From Paraspadella gotoi (lineage: Eukaryota; Animalia; Chaetognatha), in the NCBI GenBank assembly GCA_051294375.1, contig JBJCIZ010000744.1, positions 362,285-426,284 on the forward strand: a DNA stretch of 64,000 nucleotides, in the 5' to 3' direction. A model generated the notes under the pieces. It worked only from the letters and a program-made list of their open reading frames with translations. It did not search any database and had not been told where the DNA came from. The position numbers and the translations under genes were made by a program. Position 1 is the stretch's first letter, and every line of letters starts with the position of its first letter. Positions 1-13,145 of the stretch are shown here, one piece after another.

Positions 1-60
1 AATATTCATAGTAACAATACTGCTTGCCTGATCTCCCTTCTTTTTCCTTCCCTCCTTCAG

Positions 61-882
61 GATCGGATTGGGAAATCCCTGCCGCGCCGGCCGGCTTCCC
101 CCGCTGCGGCTCCTGGCCGCACGACGTGAAAAATCCGCTGGAAAAGTCGACGACTCAGTATTACGAAGTGAAAGCCGTCGAAGTCACGGCGGCAACCGAG
201 TTTTGTGAGGGCAAGACTGTCGGTGAGTTCACTGGTGAAGAGACAGTGATTATTATTATGTGTTAGTGACAGAACCGTTAAATATAAGCAGTCCCTGACA
301 GTCCCTGAGAAGTCCCAGGCTTTAACACCATGTTACAGGCGGGTTAAGCGCCCCGTCCCTCTTAACTGCTAGGCGACCACCGGGATAGAACCCCGGATCT
401 TTGGGTTGGGAGGCGAATGACTTGCCTCCGGCACCAATGGCCGCTGATGAACGGTTGGTGGATTTTAGTCTACCATACTGGGTTCTTTTTGGTCTTATTT
501 TAATAATTAAATACGTTTTCTTCCTATAGTATCTCGATATCATGTCTCTTTCCCTCCCCATTTCAGGTTTTTTCCGAAATCCTCGAAATTGTACGGAATA
601 CTTTTATTGCGACGTGGATTATCGGGACCCTGAGAAGGACGCTATGCGCGGGGAAGGCCTCACTTGCGCCAGGGTTAAATTGACATTTTCTTTTTGGGGT
701 GGGGAGGAATTTTTTGCGATGAATCGTCGTTTTAACAATTTTAACTTATTTAAATGAATTGGCAGGGTTTGAAGTTCAGCATTCATCACAACAAATGTAA
801 AGAATCTTGGGAGATCGATTGCGACGGCGACGACGATAATTCGGACGAGAGATATTATTTCCGAAGATGGAAGGAACCGTGA
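61..882 (+). CDS. 3' exons of a protein ending in a chitin-binding type-2 (CBM14/peritrophin-A) domain; exons 61-222, 567-673, 766-882; 5' part outside window
   Basis: GT-AG junctions in consistent phase give FCEGKTVGFFRNPRNCTEYFYC...LTCARGLKFSIHHNKCKESWEIDC, the six-Cys CBM14 pattern. TGA stop at 880-882. Confidence 0.8.
236..477 (-). mobile_element. Solo LTR of tRNA-carrying TRIM (family A), in an intron
   Basis: Near-identical to the TRIM LTRs at 47384-48035. Flanked by 4-bp TSD CTGG (232-235 / 478-481). Confidence 0.85.
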
Positions 883-1245
883 TCCGACTCAGTCTTAATA
901 CCTTCCTTGGACCTCTCTACTATTTTATTCTTTTTTTTATATTTTTTGTTAATCGTTTCCTTTCGGTGAAAAAAAATACAAAAAAATACAAAAAAAATTG
1001 TTTGTATTTACAGAATGGTTTTTTAAATTAAAAAAAAAATTATATTTTTTGGTTGCCATACGTTAGAGGTCAGTATTAGTCAACAAAAAAAAAAATTATT
1101 ATTATTACGCCAAAAATACTCAGCTCCGCACTAAACTTGACAGAACCAGCGTTAAATTCCAGTCGCGCGGCTTAGTTTTTTTTTCTTTCTTTTTTTCTTT
1201 CTTTGAATAACTTTATTAACCTTATCCCCTTCAACCCTTACCCAG

Positions 1246-3584
1246 ACGAACCCACCTGGGTATCGGGTCACCCTCGCCTCTACGCCGTTAAGCTCGATGA
1301 CAGCGTTCAGATGGTCTGTCCTTTGGCCGGCAACCCGCCCGTCGCCCACTGGGAGTGGTTGCTCAACGGAGAACTCTCTAGATATCACAGCACCACGAGG
1401 TTTGGTTGTGGCGATGATGGTTCGGATGGCTCTCTTTTCCGAGAGTGCCCCTTTTTTGTTCTTTTTTCCCAAAATTTAATCTTAACCTTATTATATAACC
1501 TAAATATATTTTTAAACTTATAAACCAATCCTTAACGTTAATTCTTAACCCTAAACCTTAATTTTTAACCCTAACCTCTAACACTAAATGTTAATCCTTA
1601 ACCAAAATCCCTAACCCTTTTTACAAACCGAGACCTAAACCAGAACCACTGACCTAATCCCCAACCCAAACCTTTAACCCAATCTTTAATTTAAAAAAAT
1701 CAATTAATTAATTTAAGATAAAATGGGGCGTTGAGGGAAAATAAGGCCTACCCGGGGCAATCTCGACCACTCATCTTCTAACTCTCCCCCCCCCCACTCC
1801 CCCTTCAACAGTCGCAACGACTCTTTTCACTTCGCTTCCACTCTGATCATCCCTTCTGTGACCATGGAGGAGTTGGGTCAGTACACTTGCAGAGCCGCGT
1901 CGGACTCCTTACCCAAACAGTTTTACAATTTCACCATTGATCTCATCATGGCCAGTGAGTAAAATAGCCAAGTGTGGGTTGGATCGATTGGAGTTTTAAA
2001 ATGTGGTTTCTTTGTGGTTCGATTTAATTCATTGGAAGAACTGGTATTTCAAAAAGCGAAGCTCAAAAACTAATTCTTTTCATTAATAATAATTTTATAG
2101 GCAAAAAGATATTAGTTTTTCGCTTGAATATTTGATAAATGTTTTTCAAATGTAATTAAGATACAGAAGTTCACCGTTTTATTCAAAAAGTGAATTTTCA
2201 TGGTTAACTAATAGATATTAAATAATTCAATAATAATAACAACAATAAAATTAAAATGTATTTCTTTTTTCCGACTAAGCTATTTTTTTCGATCGTTATT
2301 TTTGAACTGACCCTCCGAAACACAGATGTGCCGGACTTACCCAACAACTGCTTCCACAACATCACCGACCCAAAGCGGCTGCGCATCAGCTGCTTTCCCG
2401 GTTTCGACGGCGGCGCCAAACAGGACTTTAAGATTAACGTGCACGACGTGTACAGCAACCACAAGATGGTTAAAGGTAAGTAAACGGCAACCACAGATTT
2501 GAGCAACCACAAGATGGTAAAAAGTGAGAGGAGAGCAACCACATGATTGTTATAAAGGAGGGTAAAGCGACCGCCAGATGGTCATTGGTCTTTGGCTTTG
2601 GCGACAAATATAAATGAATGATACACATATGTCTATCAAAAATACTACCTTTTTTCCCCGTCCCAATCTCCCTTATATTTTATGATCCATCTATTATCTT
2701 GACCACTAAAACCACCGCCATTACTTCTCACCATCTACCTCGACCCCAACTCACCACCAACCACCCACAAACCCCCAACCACAACCGCCCCCACAAAAAC
2801 TCACAAGACGGACGAGTGTCTCGCGCCAAGAATTGGATCGACTACGAAATCTCCGAACTTTCCGCTGGCGCCCTCTATTCCTTCTGCGCCTTCTCGTGCA
2901 ACAAATTCGGCTGCAACGAGTGCGAACCTACCCAGTGGCTCAGCGTCGAGATGCCGGGTAGGGCCAGGGAAGGAGGGTGAGGCGCAGGGGCGTATAGAGG
3001 GGGGGACAGCTTCCTCAAAGCCGAGGAGCTCAGGAAAAGTTTATAAACCGGAAAATATGTATTTTAAAAAAAATTATTTTCTGCAAGACACGTTTGTTAA
3101 ATGTTTGTGTTAATTTCGTATGATTTTTAAATAGTAAACAGTACAATAAGGACTATCCTAAGTTTAGGCACTGATTGTCATTAGTTTAGCAATCATTTAA
3201 CAATCCGTTAAGATTTGTTTGAATTTCTTTGACAGCCGATCCGAACGCTTCCACGATGTCCAACACGGCCGTCGGCTTTTTGGTCTGCGGACTCTTGATG
3301 CTGGCCTTGGGTGAGCAAAATCCTTTTTTTCTTTTATTTTTTGTAAGAATATTATTTCAGCTTTTTATAAACCGGTTTTGAATGGTAACTTTTGAAAATT
3401 TAAACGTACTTTTGAACTTAACAAAGCCCCCTTTTTTTAAAAAAGAGTTTCCTTCTTTTAATTTTATTCCTTCTAGACTTTTGTTTTTTCCCGGAAAGGC
3501 TCATTCTCTGTCACGTTTACAGGAGTCGTCGTCGGAGGTCTCTACATGCGGAGGAAAACAGCGACGCCGATACCAAAATCCTGA
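1246..3584 (+). CDS. 3' half of an Ig-superfamily type I membrane protein (Ig - FN3 - TM - short tail; nephrin/sidestep-like); exons 1246-1399, 1812-1954, 2326-2475, 2808-2957, 3236-3310, 3523-3584
   Basis: Phase-consistent splicing yields an Ig domain (VQMVCPLAGNPP..W.W ... TLIIPSVTMEELGQYTC) and an FN3 domain (VPDLPNNC...ISCFPGFDGGAKQDF...ISELSAGALYSF). TM segment AVGFLVCGLLMLALGVVVGGLY, then tail MRRKTATPIPKS*. Confidence 0.8.
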
Positions 3585-3861
3585 AAAAAACAAAGGACAA
3601 AAGCGAATACGAATTAAAAAATGCGGTTTTTTTGTTGTTTTTTTTTATGACGACAGGAACAAAGGAAACAAAACAGCGGCAAAAAAAACCCCATCCCATC
3701 CAACGACTACCGATCTGAACTCTCTCTACCTCCCCCCTATTCTTCTTCCCCCTATTCTTCTTCCCCCTAGATCCTTCTTCCTCTAACCCCCAATTTTCGA
3801 ATTAAGAGAAGATCTCAGATTTTATGGTTAGAGTAAAGTTCAATGTTTCGAAGCTTATATT

Positions 3862-4620
3862 CAGGGGTGGGACCATATATCGAGACAAAACCTAAGGTCC
3901 AGGGCGTTGTGGATGTTTTCAAATCATTTAGTCATTTTTATACGCGCACCTTACATTGCATAGTATAAAAGCTATACATGTTAATATTTTTCAGTGGTCG
4001 TTTCTGAATATTATAGTGGTATGTCTTCTCTTTAATTTCTTCTAATTTCATATTTTCATAACCATCCAAAATTAAATTATTTTAAACTTCTATAAGGTAA
4101 GTAAAACAAATTTTAAAAATATTTTAAGGAATAAGCTTAAATCGTCAAATACTTGATGTATTTTTTGCTGACTTGACTCTTTTATCATGCATTCTGAAAT
4201 CTGACATGATTAATTTACATATCTGTCAATATCTTAATTAAATGTTTAAATAAAGGTCAGTTTTAATAAAAATTAGATTTTAATAGTAACTTACCCGAAC
4301 CTTACTTACTTACCTCAACATTTTTTTGACAAAAATGTAATGTATACCATGCTAAAAGTGTTCTTATACTATAAATACGCATTTTCTTTAATAATTTTAT
4401 CTGGCATGTTTTTAGAATGGGATTAAACAATAAATAGTCAAACATTTTTCTTCCAAACCGCGCGGAGAAAACAAAGCAGTTGCCTTTGCTTCATCAAAAT
4501 AAGCATTATAAAAGCTAAGAAAGAGCATAATTTGAATCTTTATTTAGATTTCGAAAATCTTTAACAGTTTTAGCGTGATGATTTTTTTAAATTTTGTCTC
4601 GATCTATGGTCCCACCCCTG
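3862..4620. mobile_element. MITE / non-autonomous TIR DNA transposon (Tc1/mariner-like)
   Basis: 29-bp TIRs CAGGGGTGGGACCATA(T/G)ATCGAGACAAAA matching at 28/29 positions. TA on the right flank, AT-rich non-coding interior. Confidence 0.75.
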
Positions 4621-5391
4621 TACATATATATATATACAGTTAAATGTAGACCAGTCGCGTCTTCCAAGGGCCGATAAGGAGAAAAGAAAAGTTTAATTAG
4701 TCACAATCAATTGTTTTTTTTTATACGAAGCCCGATATCACCGAGAAGGTTTCCCCGCGTTTTGTATAGTGTTGTTGTACAGTATTTTATTTTTACCAAA
4801 ATTATTTATTCCAAAAGATCACGAGTATGAATATGAACTTACCGTACATGGGATTATATTTAAAAACGACATCTGTATATATTAATCATTGTGAATCGAA
4901 TTAACGCGCCGAGTTGGTCTCTCAATCAGCCAATCATCACGCTGATTTTCGTCTCTCATCAGCCAATCATCGCGCTGATTTCGTTTCGTAGCGCCATCCG
5001 TTTTTAAATTCTTTTATATTTTAACCTTAATCAACATTGTCATCGTCATTATCGAATAGATTAGCGACGTCGTTGTCATCGCCGCCCAGAGAAGTTTTCT
5101 GTTGTTGTCATTTTCATATTTCGCTGTGAATTAGTTTCCCCTTCTCCTTTCATGGAAAAACGATTACAGCAATGCGCATTGACATTTCTACTTTTTTTTT
5201 TTTACATTTTTTATATCGCTGTATCACAGATGGCGTTTTATCATAATTCCAAAATCGCGCCATTTTTTTATCGACAAAAAACAAAAGTCATTCCCTTCAA
5301 TGTCATTAAAAAACGTGTCGGTGTTAAAATGCGAACAAAAAATGATGAAGAATCATATCAAGTTTCGTGGTTAAAAATAAAATTGAGAATA

Positions 5392-5528
<137 letters not shown>

Positions 5529-6081
5529 TACATTTGTCTATATTTATTCTGTTTTAATCTTCATACATACATAACACTACAAACAGCTTGTTTTTTTTGA
5601 AAGTCGAAACCGCTAAGAAAGACTCATCCAGTGTCGCACTTAACGTTGTTTACAAAACATTAGTGCAATCACCGACAACAAATCATGCAATCACCGACAA
5701 CAAATCATGCAATCACCGACTTTATTCCAAAATTTCATATCAATCAACGTGTTTTTTTTAATTTGCATGAATCTGGAAAAAAAATATAAATAAATAAAGC
5801 GGCAAAAAAAAACCGGAACATCTCATCTTCACATTATATCGAAATTTTTACAAACAAGAACGGGCAAGTTCAAGGTGTGGAAATATTTGCACAAGAGGCA
5901 AATTATTAACTATATGGTCTACGCATTGACTATCTGGACACTTGATCGAATTTTCATGTGATCTGTACAAGTATGGAACGTATAAACTTTAAGCATCTCA
6001 TAGTGCACAAACTTTCGACCCAGGAATTTCCAAAATGATGCAATGGTCAAGTTAAGAGTATTTAAGTGGATAAATAGATAG

Positions 6082-6150
6082 ATCGACCAACCGACCGACC
6101 GAAAGTGACTTATAGAGTTGCTCCGCGAGTACTCGCGGCGCGACTAAAAA
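6082..6150 (+). mobile_element. Helentron/DINE-like non-autonomous element 3' end (related ends at ~14865-14930 and ~33585-33635)
   Basis: (CCGA)n microrepeat followed by AAGTGA(C/A)TTATAGAGT, a GC-rich hairpin (CCGCGAGTACTCGCGG) and GACTAAAAAT. The shared layout recurs three times. Confidence 0.45.
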
Positions 6151-6894
6151 TGTCTTTAAAAAACGGGTTACGATATCACGGATTATTACTCTGTCACGAA
6201 TTTTGAAATGTTCTCGCAAAGGTTCGGAGCCCAGATGAGCTGGTCGGTCAGTCCATCTCTTGAATAACTAAAACAAAAACAAACTCGTTAAATAAGACAC
6301 TTAATTTAGAGGCATGAAATAAAGTATTAATCAAAATTCTCTCACAAGTTATCGATTAGCAATTTTTAGTCATTTTTTTTCGCTGTTTCTTTTTCGGATC
6401 TTTTTAAAAAATTGTAATCTTAAAGATGGTTGTTCAGCGAAAGTACAAGGCCTTTGATTGAAAAGATATACCATTTGGACTGAATGATATGGTAACCTTT
6501 CATAACGGAGAAATATATTGGTACCATATAACGGTGGGGTCGTTTATTTTATTTTTTATCACGAATGAAGTTAGTTATGTAGTTGTTAGAAGTTAGTTTC
6601 CAGTAAAAAAACGTGCTATGTATATAAACAGGTTTAAAGCTCTAAAATTTTTTAAATTTTATTTTTATGTATATGAAATCTTAGTTTAGTATTCATAGTT
6701 TTAAAATCTGGTTTAATTTTATCTCTACTTCTTTATCTCCTCGATCTTTTGTTTCTCCTTTTAATTCTTCGTTTCCCAGCGCCATCTTCCCATTTTTCTC
6801 AAAATGAAAAAAAAATTTCTCGCGTCGCGCGGGGGGCGAGACGGTCGCGAGACGGTCGCGACGGCCGCAGCCTCGGCGCGTGCCGTCTCCCCGA

Positions 6895-7012
6895 GGCCGC
6901 GCCTACCACGACCGCGCCGAACGCAGCCTCGCCGGTCCCTGCCGCGCCGGACGCAGCCTCGCCAGCCTCCTGCCGCGCCGGACGCAGACTCGCCAGCCTC
7001 CTGCCGCGCCGG
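6895..7012. repeat. GC-rich ~30-bp tandem repeat (CGCCAGCCTCCTGCCGCGCCGGACGCAGCCT-like, ~3.5 copies)
   Basis: Direct tandem units visible in the sequence. Confidence 0.7.
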
Positions 7013-7155
7013 CACCTCCCTATGGTCTTCCACCCTTTTCTAGTTCCGCTCGCTTTTTAAATCTGTTCCGCTGTTGATGAGAAAACAAAAGCAAATAAAT
7101 TAAACAAAAGTCAAAATATCGAATTATTTTTATTTTCGCTTCCTTCACTCTCACC

Positions 7156-7516
7156 ATGAAACTTTCATGGGCGTCGATCGTTTTATTACTTTTGGTCGCG
7201 CGGACCAAAACGGCGACCACACCGTTTCCGGGTAAGTCCGAAGGATTGAAAAGATAAGGTTTATTGAGTTTTCGTTATTTTTCGGAAAAAAATATGCGGA
7301 GAACCTATGGCTTTGGCTTTTACGGAATATCTCTCTCTCTCTCTCTCTCCCCCAACAAAAATGTCTGCTTAAATTGTGATTTAGAAATAGCCCATGCCTA
7401 TTGTCCACTAGAAGATTAGAATTGTTCAGTTGCTTAGTAGTATTTATGAAAACTCTAGAAATCGGTTAATATTTAAAAATAATAAGATAAGGTATAAAGC
7501 TCGCACTTTCGTTTTT

Positions 7517-7576
<60 letters not shown>

Positions 7577-8340
7577 ATCGAGCCAGACGGCGAAGCCCGT
7601 CCTGGCTCTATAATAATTCAGAATTTCTTCTTCGTGGTCGTCATAGTCATGCTTTTTTATTATATAAAAACTACTACTGTTTATATAGTTTGGCTGGGCT
7701 TACAGTAAGTTAAGTTAAGTTGTATACTTTTTTCAACTTGTATACTTTTTTCAACTTGCATGCTTTTTTTAACTTTCATACTTTTTTCAACTTGCATAAT
7801 TTTTTCAACTTGCATATTTTTTTCAACTTGCATAATTTTTTCAACTTGCATAATTTTTTCAACTTGCATATTTTTTTTAACTTGCATAATTTTTTTAATT
7901 TGCATAATTTTTTCAACTAGCATAATTTTTTCAACTTGCATAATTTTTTCAACATGCAGAATTTTTTCAACTTTCAACTATCTAGTAATCAAGTTTTATT
8001 AGTGAAGCAGTGAGGAAGTTGAAATGTATGTCCATTTTTTTTGGTTTATATCAATTCAAATATTTTTTGTTTGAATTTAATTATGACTTACTGCAATATG
8101 CAAATTAGATTATAGTACTTTTTCATTAATTTTTTTTATAGTAAGGTCTGGCGAGATTATTATACTTTTAAGATTTTTTTTTGAAGTAATCCTTTCTTTT
8201 TCGTTGTTACTATTAATTAGAGAATTGACAAAGTTTTTGTTTGCAACAAATTTTATTTATAGTTGAACAAACATGTTTCGACTTGTTTTACAAGTCTTCA
8301 TCAGCGTTTTGACAGAATGGTTTAAAATTTGTGCATAAGA

Positions 8341-8389
<49 letters not shown>

Positions 8390-10057
8390 AGGGATAAATA
8401 AATAATAAATAATACATTGTGCAATGTACAACAAAGATAAATGCTTTGAAACTAAAATTAGTAAAATTTAACAATTGTATAGTGGATAAATAGTTAAGGG
8501 ATAGAAAGTGAAAAATGAAATGAAATTTGTGAAAAATGAAATATGAGAATTTTAAGTGTTAAGTAAATGATTAAAATAAAATTTAAGGAGTAAGAAAGAG
8601 CTCAAAATGAGCTGGCCCCCCTTGGTTTTTTTTTATATTGCTTCAATTCTCTTGTGTCTCTCTTGCATATATGTTGTCATTAAAACATTTAAAAAAATAT
8701 TTTTATATTTTATTTTATATTTTGTAAAAATAAAAAAAAATATTTAAAAAAATATTTACGATAAAAATTTTTTAAAAAAACGCTTGCTATTTTGTTGAAG
8801 AGCAGGTGCAAGTGAAGATCTAGTGGGTGCAGTTAAAATTGATTGAATGTTCCTTTGTCTTACAAAAGGCTTCCTGTTTTGTAAAGCCCTCTAGTAGAAT
8901 AGGGTGAAAATATAAAAAAGGACTGTTCTTTTGTTTCAGAAAATATATACTAAAACTAAATTTTATTGCTATTTTATTTTAAAAACACTCTTTTGTTTGT
9001 GGAGCCATTTGGCAGGCAAAAATTTACTATTTTGTGTAAAGCGATGCAAGTGAAGATCTAGTGGGTACAGACAGAAGAGCAAATTTCTTTAGAAAGTAAA
9101 GAGACAAATCCTCGTAGTAGGTAGCAAAAGTTACAAAGACGAAAAAAAAAATTGAAAAAAAAAATTAGAGCTATTGAAAAAAAAAATTTTAGGGGGTAAA
9201 GCGATTTACAATTACTATTACATCAATAATTCGTTATCCCGGATTTTCCCCGGATTTTTCATTAATTTTCTCTGATAGCTGGCTGGCTCGATCCATATAC
9301 TTTTAAGATTTTTAAATATGGTTTAAAATTAAATCGATTACTTTAAAACCAAATGACAAAAAATTATTATTAAATAAATCAATATGAAAAGGAAATCTCA
9401 GAAAATCTTTACAAATTATATAAATCAATCATTATGAAAACCAAATGCTCGTCAATATTTTCAAATTAAACTCAATCCATATGAAAACGCAATCTTTGTC
9501 AATATTTTCAATTGAAATCAATGAAAATGAAAACGTAAATAGTATAAAATTTAATCAATCAATATTTCTTATCATCAAATCCTTTCAGATTTAGACGCGG
9601 ACCCAGAGGCCGACATGGACAACGTATCAGCTTTGATTCTCGGCGACATACCGAAGGAAGCCATGCCGTACCTAAAGGGAAAGCTCGTTCGTATCTCGGT
9701 ATGCAATGTCAACGTTATTTCAAAAAACAAATGACTAACAATAAATAAATAATAAGCCAAGCCATAATGAGCCAATGGTATTGGCTGAACGATGGTGGAC
9801 GTGGGGCGATGTGAATTTACCGCCACAACACAAAAATTAAGTTAAAATCAGGATTCGCGGCGAAAATGAAAAAAAAAAACAAAAAAAACAAAACAAAAAC
9901 AAAAAGATGGATCTAAGTAACCGTTTTCTCATTACAGGAGAAACAGAAACTCAAAAGGTGGAATCGAATAGAACCGGATCAAAGACTCGGGGAAAAATCA
10001 CCAAAAATGGAATCAAGCTCTCTGATTGGTCGAGAGCCAAATGGAACCGGCCAATAG
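7156..10057 (+). CDS. Small (101 aa) secreted protein, neuropeptide-precursor-like; exons 7156-7231, 9589-9698, 9938-10057
   Basis: ACCATG start, signal-peptide-like MKLSWASIVLLLLVARTKTA, donors GTAAGT and GTATGC, acceptors TTTCAG and TTACAG. Phases match (1 then 0), TAG at 10055-10057, AATAAA at ~10191. Confidence 0.6.
7720..7978. repeat. 18-bp minisatellite (TTTTTTCAACTTGCATAA)n, ~14 copies
   Basis: Direct tandem repeat. It explains the QVEKIM-repeat ORF. Confidence 0.9.
8266..8308 (-). ncRNA. Minimal type I hammerhead ribozyme motif (Penelope-like element type)
   Basis: Minus strand reads AACG-CUGAUGA-A-GACUUGU-AAA-ACAAGUC-GAAAC-AU-GUU-UGUU. This gives the conserved core, a 7-bp stem II, a palindromic ACAUGU stem III and a 4-bp stem I. 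Confidence 0.7.
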
Positions 10058-10665
10058 GCGGATGGGCTTCCATCCGCCTGTAAATTTTACCCACGTCTCT
10101 GATCCACTTGTACTGTGTATAAATAGCTGTAGATTTTGTATCAGAGTACTCTGTCCAAAATTGACACAGTCTTCTTGTTCGTTTTCTCCAAATAAATTCC
10201 ACCTTGGTTTCATATCGAAATCCCTGTCTACTTACTTAAATGTTCTAATCATTTCTTTTAATAATTTTTTTTTATCAATAATCATATTTAGAATCGCGGA
10301 CAAACGGAGAGAAAGAGATGGATTCGCTCGGAAAGATTGAAACGAAATCCGCCGCCCGAAGCAACGACGGAACCAGTCACTTGCACTTTCACCGTTTGTC
10401 AGGTCAGGTGTCAGAATGCGGGACCCGGGTGGCGCCATTTATTGACTGATGAGTGAATTTGATCGAGTGATGATTCATGGTAAATGAATGAAGGTCAAAA
10501 AAGAAATGACTGACTGAAAATATTGTGAGACGGTTGATAAAACAACTCTGTACAGTTAAATTATTTTTTATCTTATGTTGATGAACTTGATTTAATTCAA
10601 TTTAACACAAATATCTTGATTATCTTGTTAACCGTCAGGTACAAGTCTATGTAATTGGATGAACT

Positions 10666-10899
10666 TGAAGAGACAGTAATTATTGTAATGTGTTAGTGAT
10701 AGAACAGTTCAATATAGGCAGTCCCTGAGCTTCGGATCAGGATGCAACACCACGATACAGGCGGGTTAAGCGCCCCGTCCCTCTAAACTGCGAGGCGGCC
10801 ACCGGGCTAGAACCCCGGAACTTTGGGTTGGGAGGCGAATGACTTGCCTCCGGCACCAATGGCCGCTGATGAACGGTTGGTGGAATTTAGTCCACCATA
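10666..10899 (-). mobile_element. Solo LTR family A, nested in a family-C repeat
   Basis: TSD AACT on both sides. The flanks (10650-10665 and 10900-11050) join into a family-C-like sequence. Confidence 0.85.
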
Positions 10900-12469
10900 A
10901 ACTTTTATTAAAATAATCAATTCATTCGATAAACGAGTTCTCTGTTCTTCTGACTCTGGAGTCTGGACGGGCTCTGGTGGTTTAAGGCCTGCCTCCTTCT
11001 CATAGAATATCAACTTAGTAGGATCCTGACAGCTTTTAATCAAGACTTAAGTATTTAATTGAAGAATAATATCACTACTATCAATCCGTTTCCTGGAATG
11101 CTATTGTAATTATTGTAAATTATTGCCTCTCACGAACTCTTCTCAAGATTGATTTTGAATGAATAATTGTTTTGCATCTAACAGAACATCGAATACGTAG
11201 GAAAGTGCATCACTCTTTTCGGTGGAATGGTCGCTTGCAGGGAAGGCGAGTTCATCTCTTTCGAGAGCAAGGAATGCTCAAAGCTGGTGAATAGTCTGGT
11301 GAATGTTCTCTGAATGTAGTGTGAATGTGCTCTGAATGTAGTTTGAATGCGATCCGAATGAATAATTATTTGTCAGATCAACGATAATAAAAATTTTGTT
11401 CTTGCACGAGCACAGAATCCATTAATCATAAAACTTTTCACTCATTTTTTAAAAAATATTTTTATAAATGTTTTTATAAAGCTGATAAACTTTTGTTTCA
11501 CACTTCGTTTTGCTATCAGTGAGAAACAACTTTGAGTGAGTTTGGAGCATAAATTGCATGCGTCTAATTCAAACTATTTTTTTTTTCAATAAGGTTTTTT
11601 TCCTATCAAAATATATCTTGCTTAACTGTTTTTTTTCTCGATAACATGAGTGTAGAAATACAGAACATATCTTTTTTTTTAAAAATCGCTTTCGTGGTCT
11701 TTGCGCTTCGCGGCTTCATCGTGGCAAAATTTACAATGTGAATAATTAACATACTTTAGTCCGCCACGCGCTCGAAGCATTTTTTTTTCGCGACAATTCT
11801 TTATTCTAAAAAAAGATAACAATTTTGAAATATTTTTTTTTCTCAGAACGCCGAAGCGGAGGCAAGGAGAAACGCAGCTAATTCGTCATGATTTTATCTC
11901 AAGATAAGAATAATTTTCTGTCTCGTTTTGTGGAAGAAACGAAAAAAATACGAGTTTTAAAAAAAAGTAAATTGTAAATTTTATAGTTTGAAGGAAAAAA
12001 TTGACTCGTTTTTTTGATGCCATTTCGTGTACGACGCAATCGTATACAGAAAACGGGGTAATAATATCTGAACGTTTATTTAAATCCAATGTTCCTAAGG
12101 TTACGTCTTCTTTAACACATATATATATAAAATGTAAAAATAAACTCAATCAGTAATTACTTTTCAAATAATAAAATACGGAATAAAAATAAAAATGTTT
12201 CATTTTTCATTGTTTAATGTTTAACGAGACAGTAGCACGAGCGGAGTTTCTCTTGTCAATCTACAAAATTTAAACCTTTATTTTTAACACCATTTTTGAA
12301 TGGTCGGACCGAGCCCGCGCCTGAGTTATCGATTTAATACGGTGCTATGTATCTATCTATCTATCTATCTTTATATCTATTCTATCCCAATCGTGCGTCT
12401 CTCGTTCGAACCACGCCCCTAGCCCTTTACAAAGCCTGACGGAGTTTATGAAAAACGTGCCAATAGTTT

Positions 12470-13145
12470 GGGACCAACTCCGGAGATAATATAAAATTTC
12501 GACTAAATATTTAAGCAATCATTTTCCAAAATGATTTACATTAAATGTTACTCGTCTTTTTTTGCAATATAAATTTTTTTTTGAAATCTTAAAATTTTTT
12601 GATAGATTAATAAAAAGTTAAACAAGAAATATAATTACAGCTTTTAAGTGAAAATTTTCTAAGTGAAAATATAAATTAATTGATAAAATCATTGAAAGAT
12701 GATGATGATAACAATTTTTTATGTTTTTTTTATTTTTGACACACTTATCATAAAAATATTTAAAAAGAATTATACTTTGTGCAGACAACTTGTTATGAGC
12801 TATCTGAATCTGGTCTTAAAATTAAAAAATTCTAAAAAAATTTGTGGCTTTTCCTATCAATAAATAAATATTAAAAAATTAATTATTTGGATCCATATAA
12901 GAAATTTTTTGTTCATTAAAAATATAAATTAAAATGTATAAATTTTCGTTTCAGCATGTACTCATTCTTAATTTTTGACTCACCCCATTGTGTGGGGCTA
13001 CCCCACTGAGAAAGCTTGTATAGAGAGACCTCCAGATTAATCTCCCGCTCTTCTCCCCCACCCACCAATCGCCTACACTGAGAAAGCTTGTATAGAGAGA
13101 CCTCCAGGTTAATCTCCCGCTCTTCTCCCCCACCCACCAATCGCA
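12470..13145. repeat. Dispersed repeat (family D): 12470-13003 recurs inverted at ~38742-39352; the ~72-bp tandem unit at 13005-13145 recurs at ~40702-40774
   Basis: Long shared segments, e.g. CTCCGGAGATAATATAAAATTTCGACT, GACTCACCCCATTG and ACTGAGAAAGCTTGTATAGAGAGACCTCCAG. Confidence 0.7.

Noticed and set aside
236-477. Family A as a conventional tRNA-SINE
   Set aside because: It has ~33 nt upstream of the tRNA head, fixed ends, constant 4-bp TSDs, no tail, and a paired copy with PBS and PPT.
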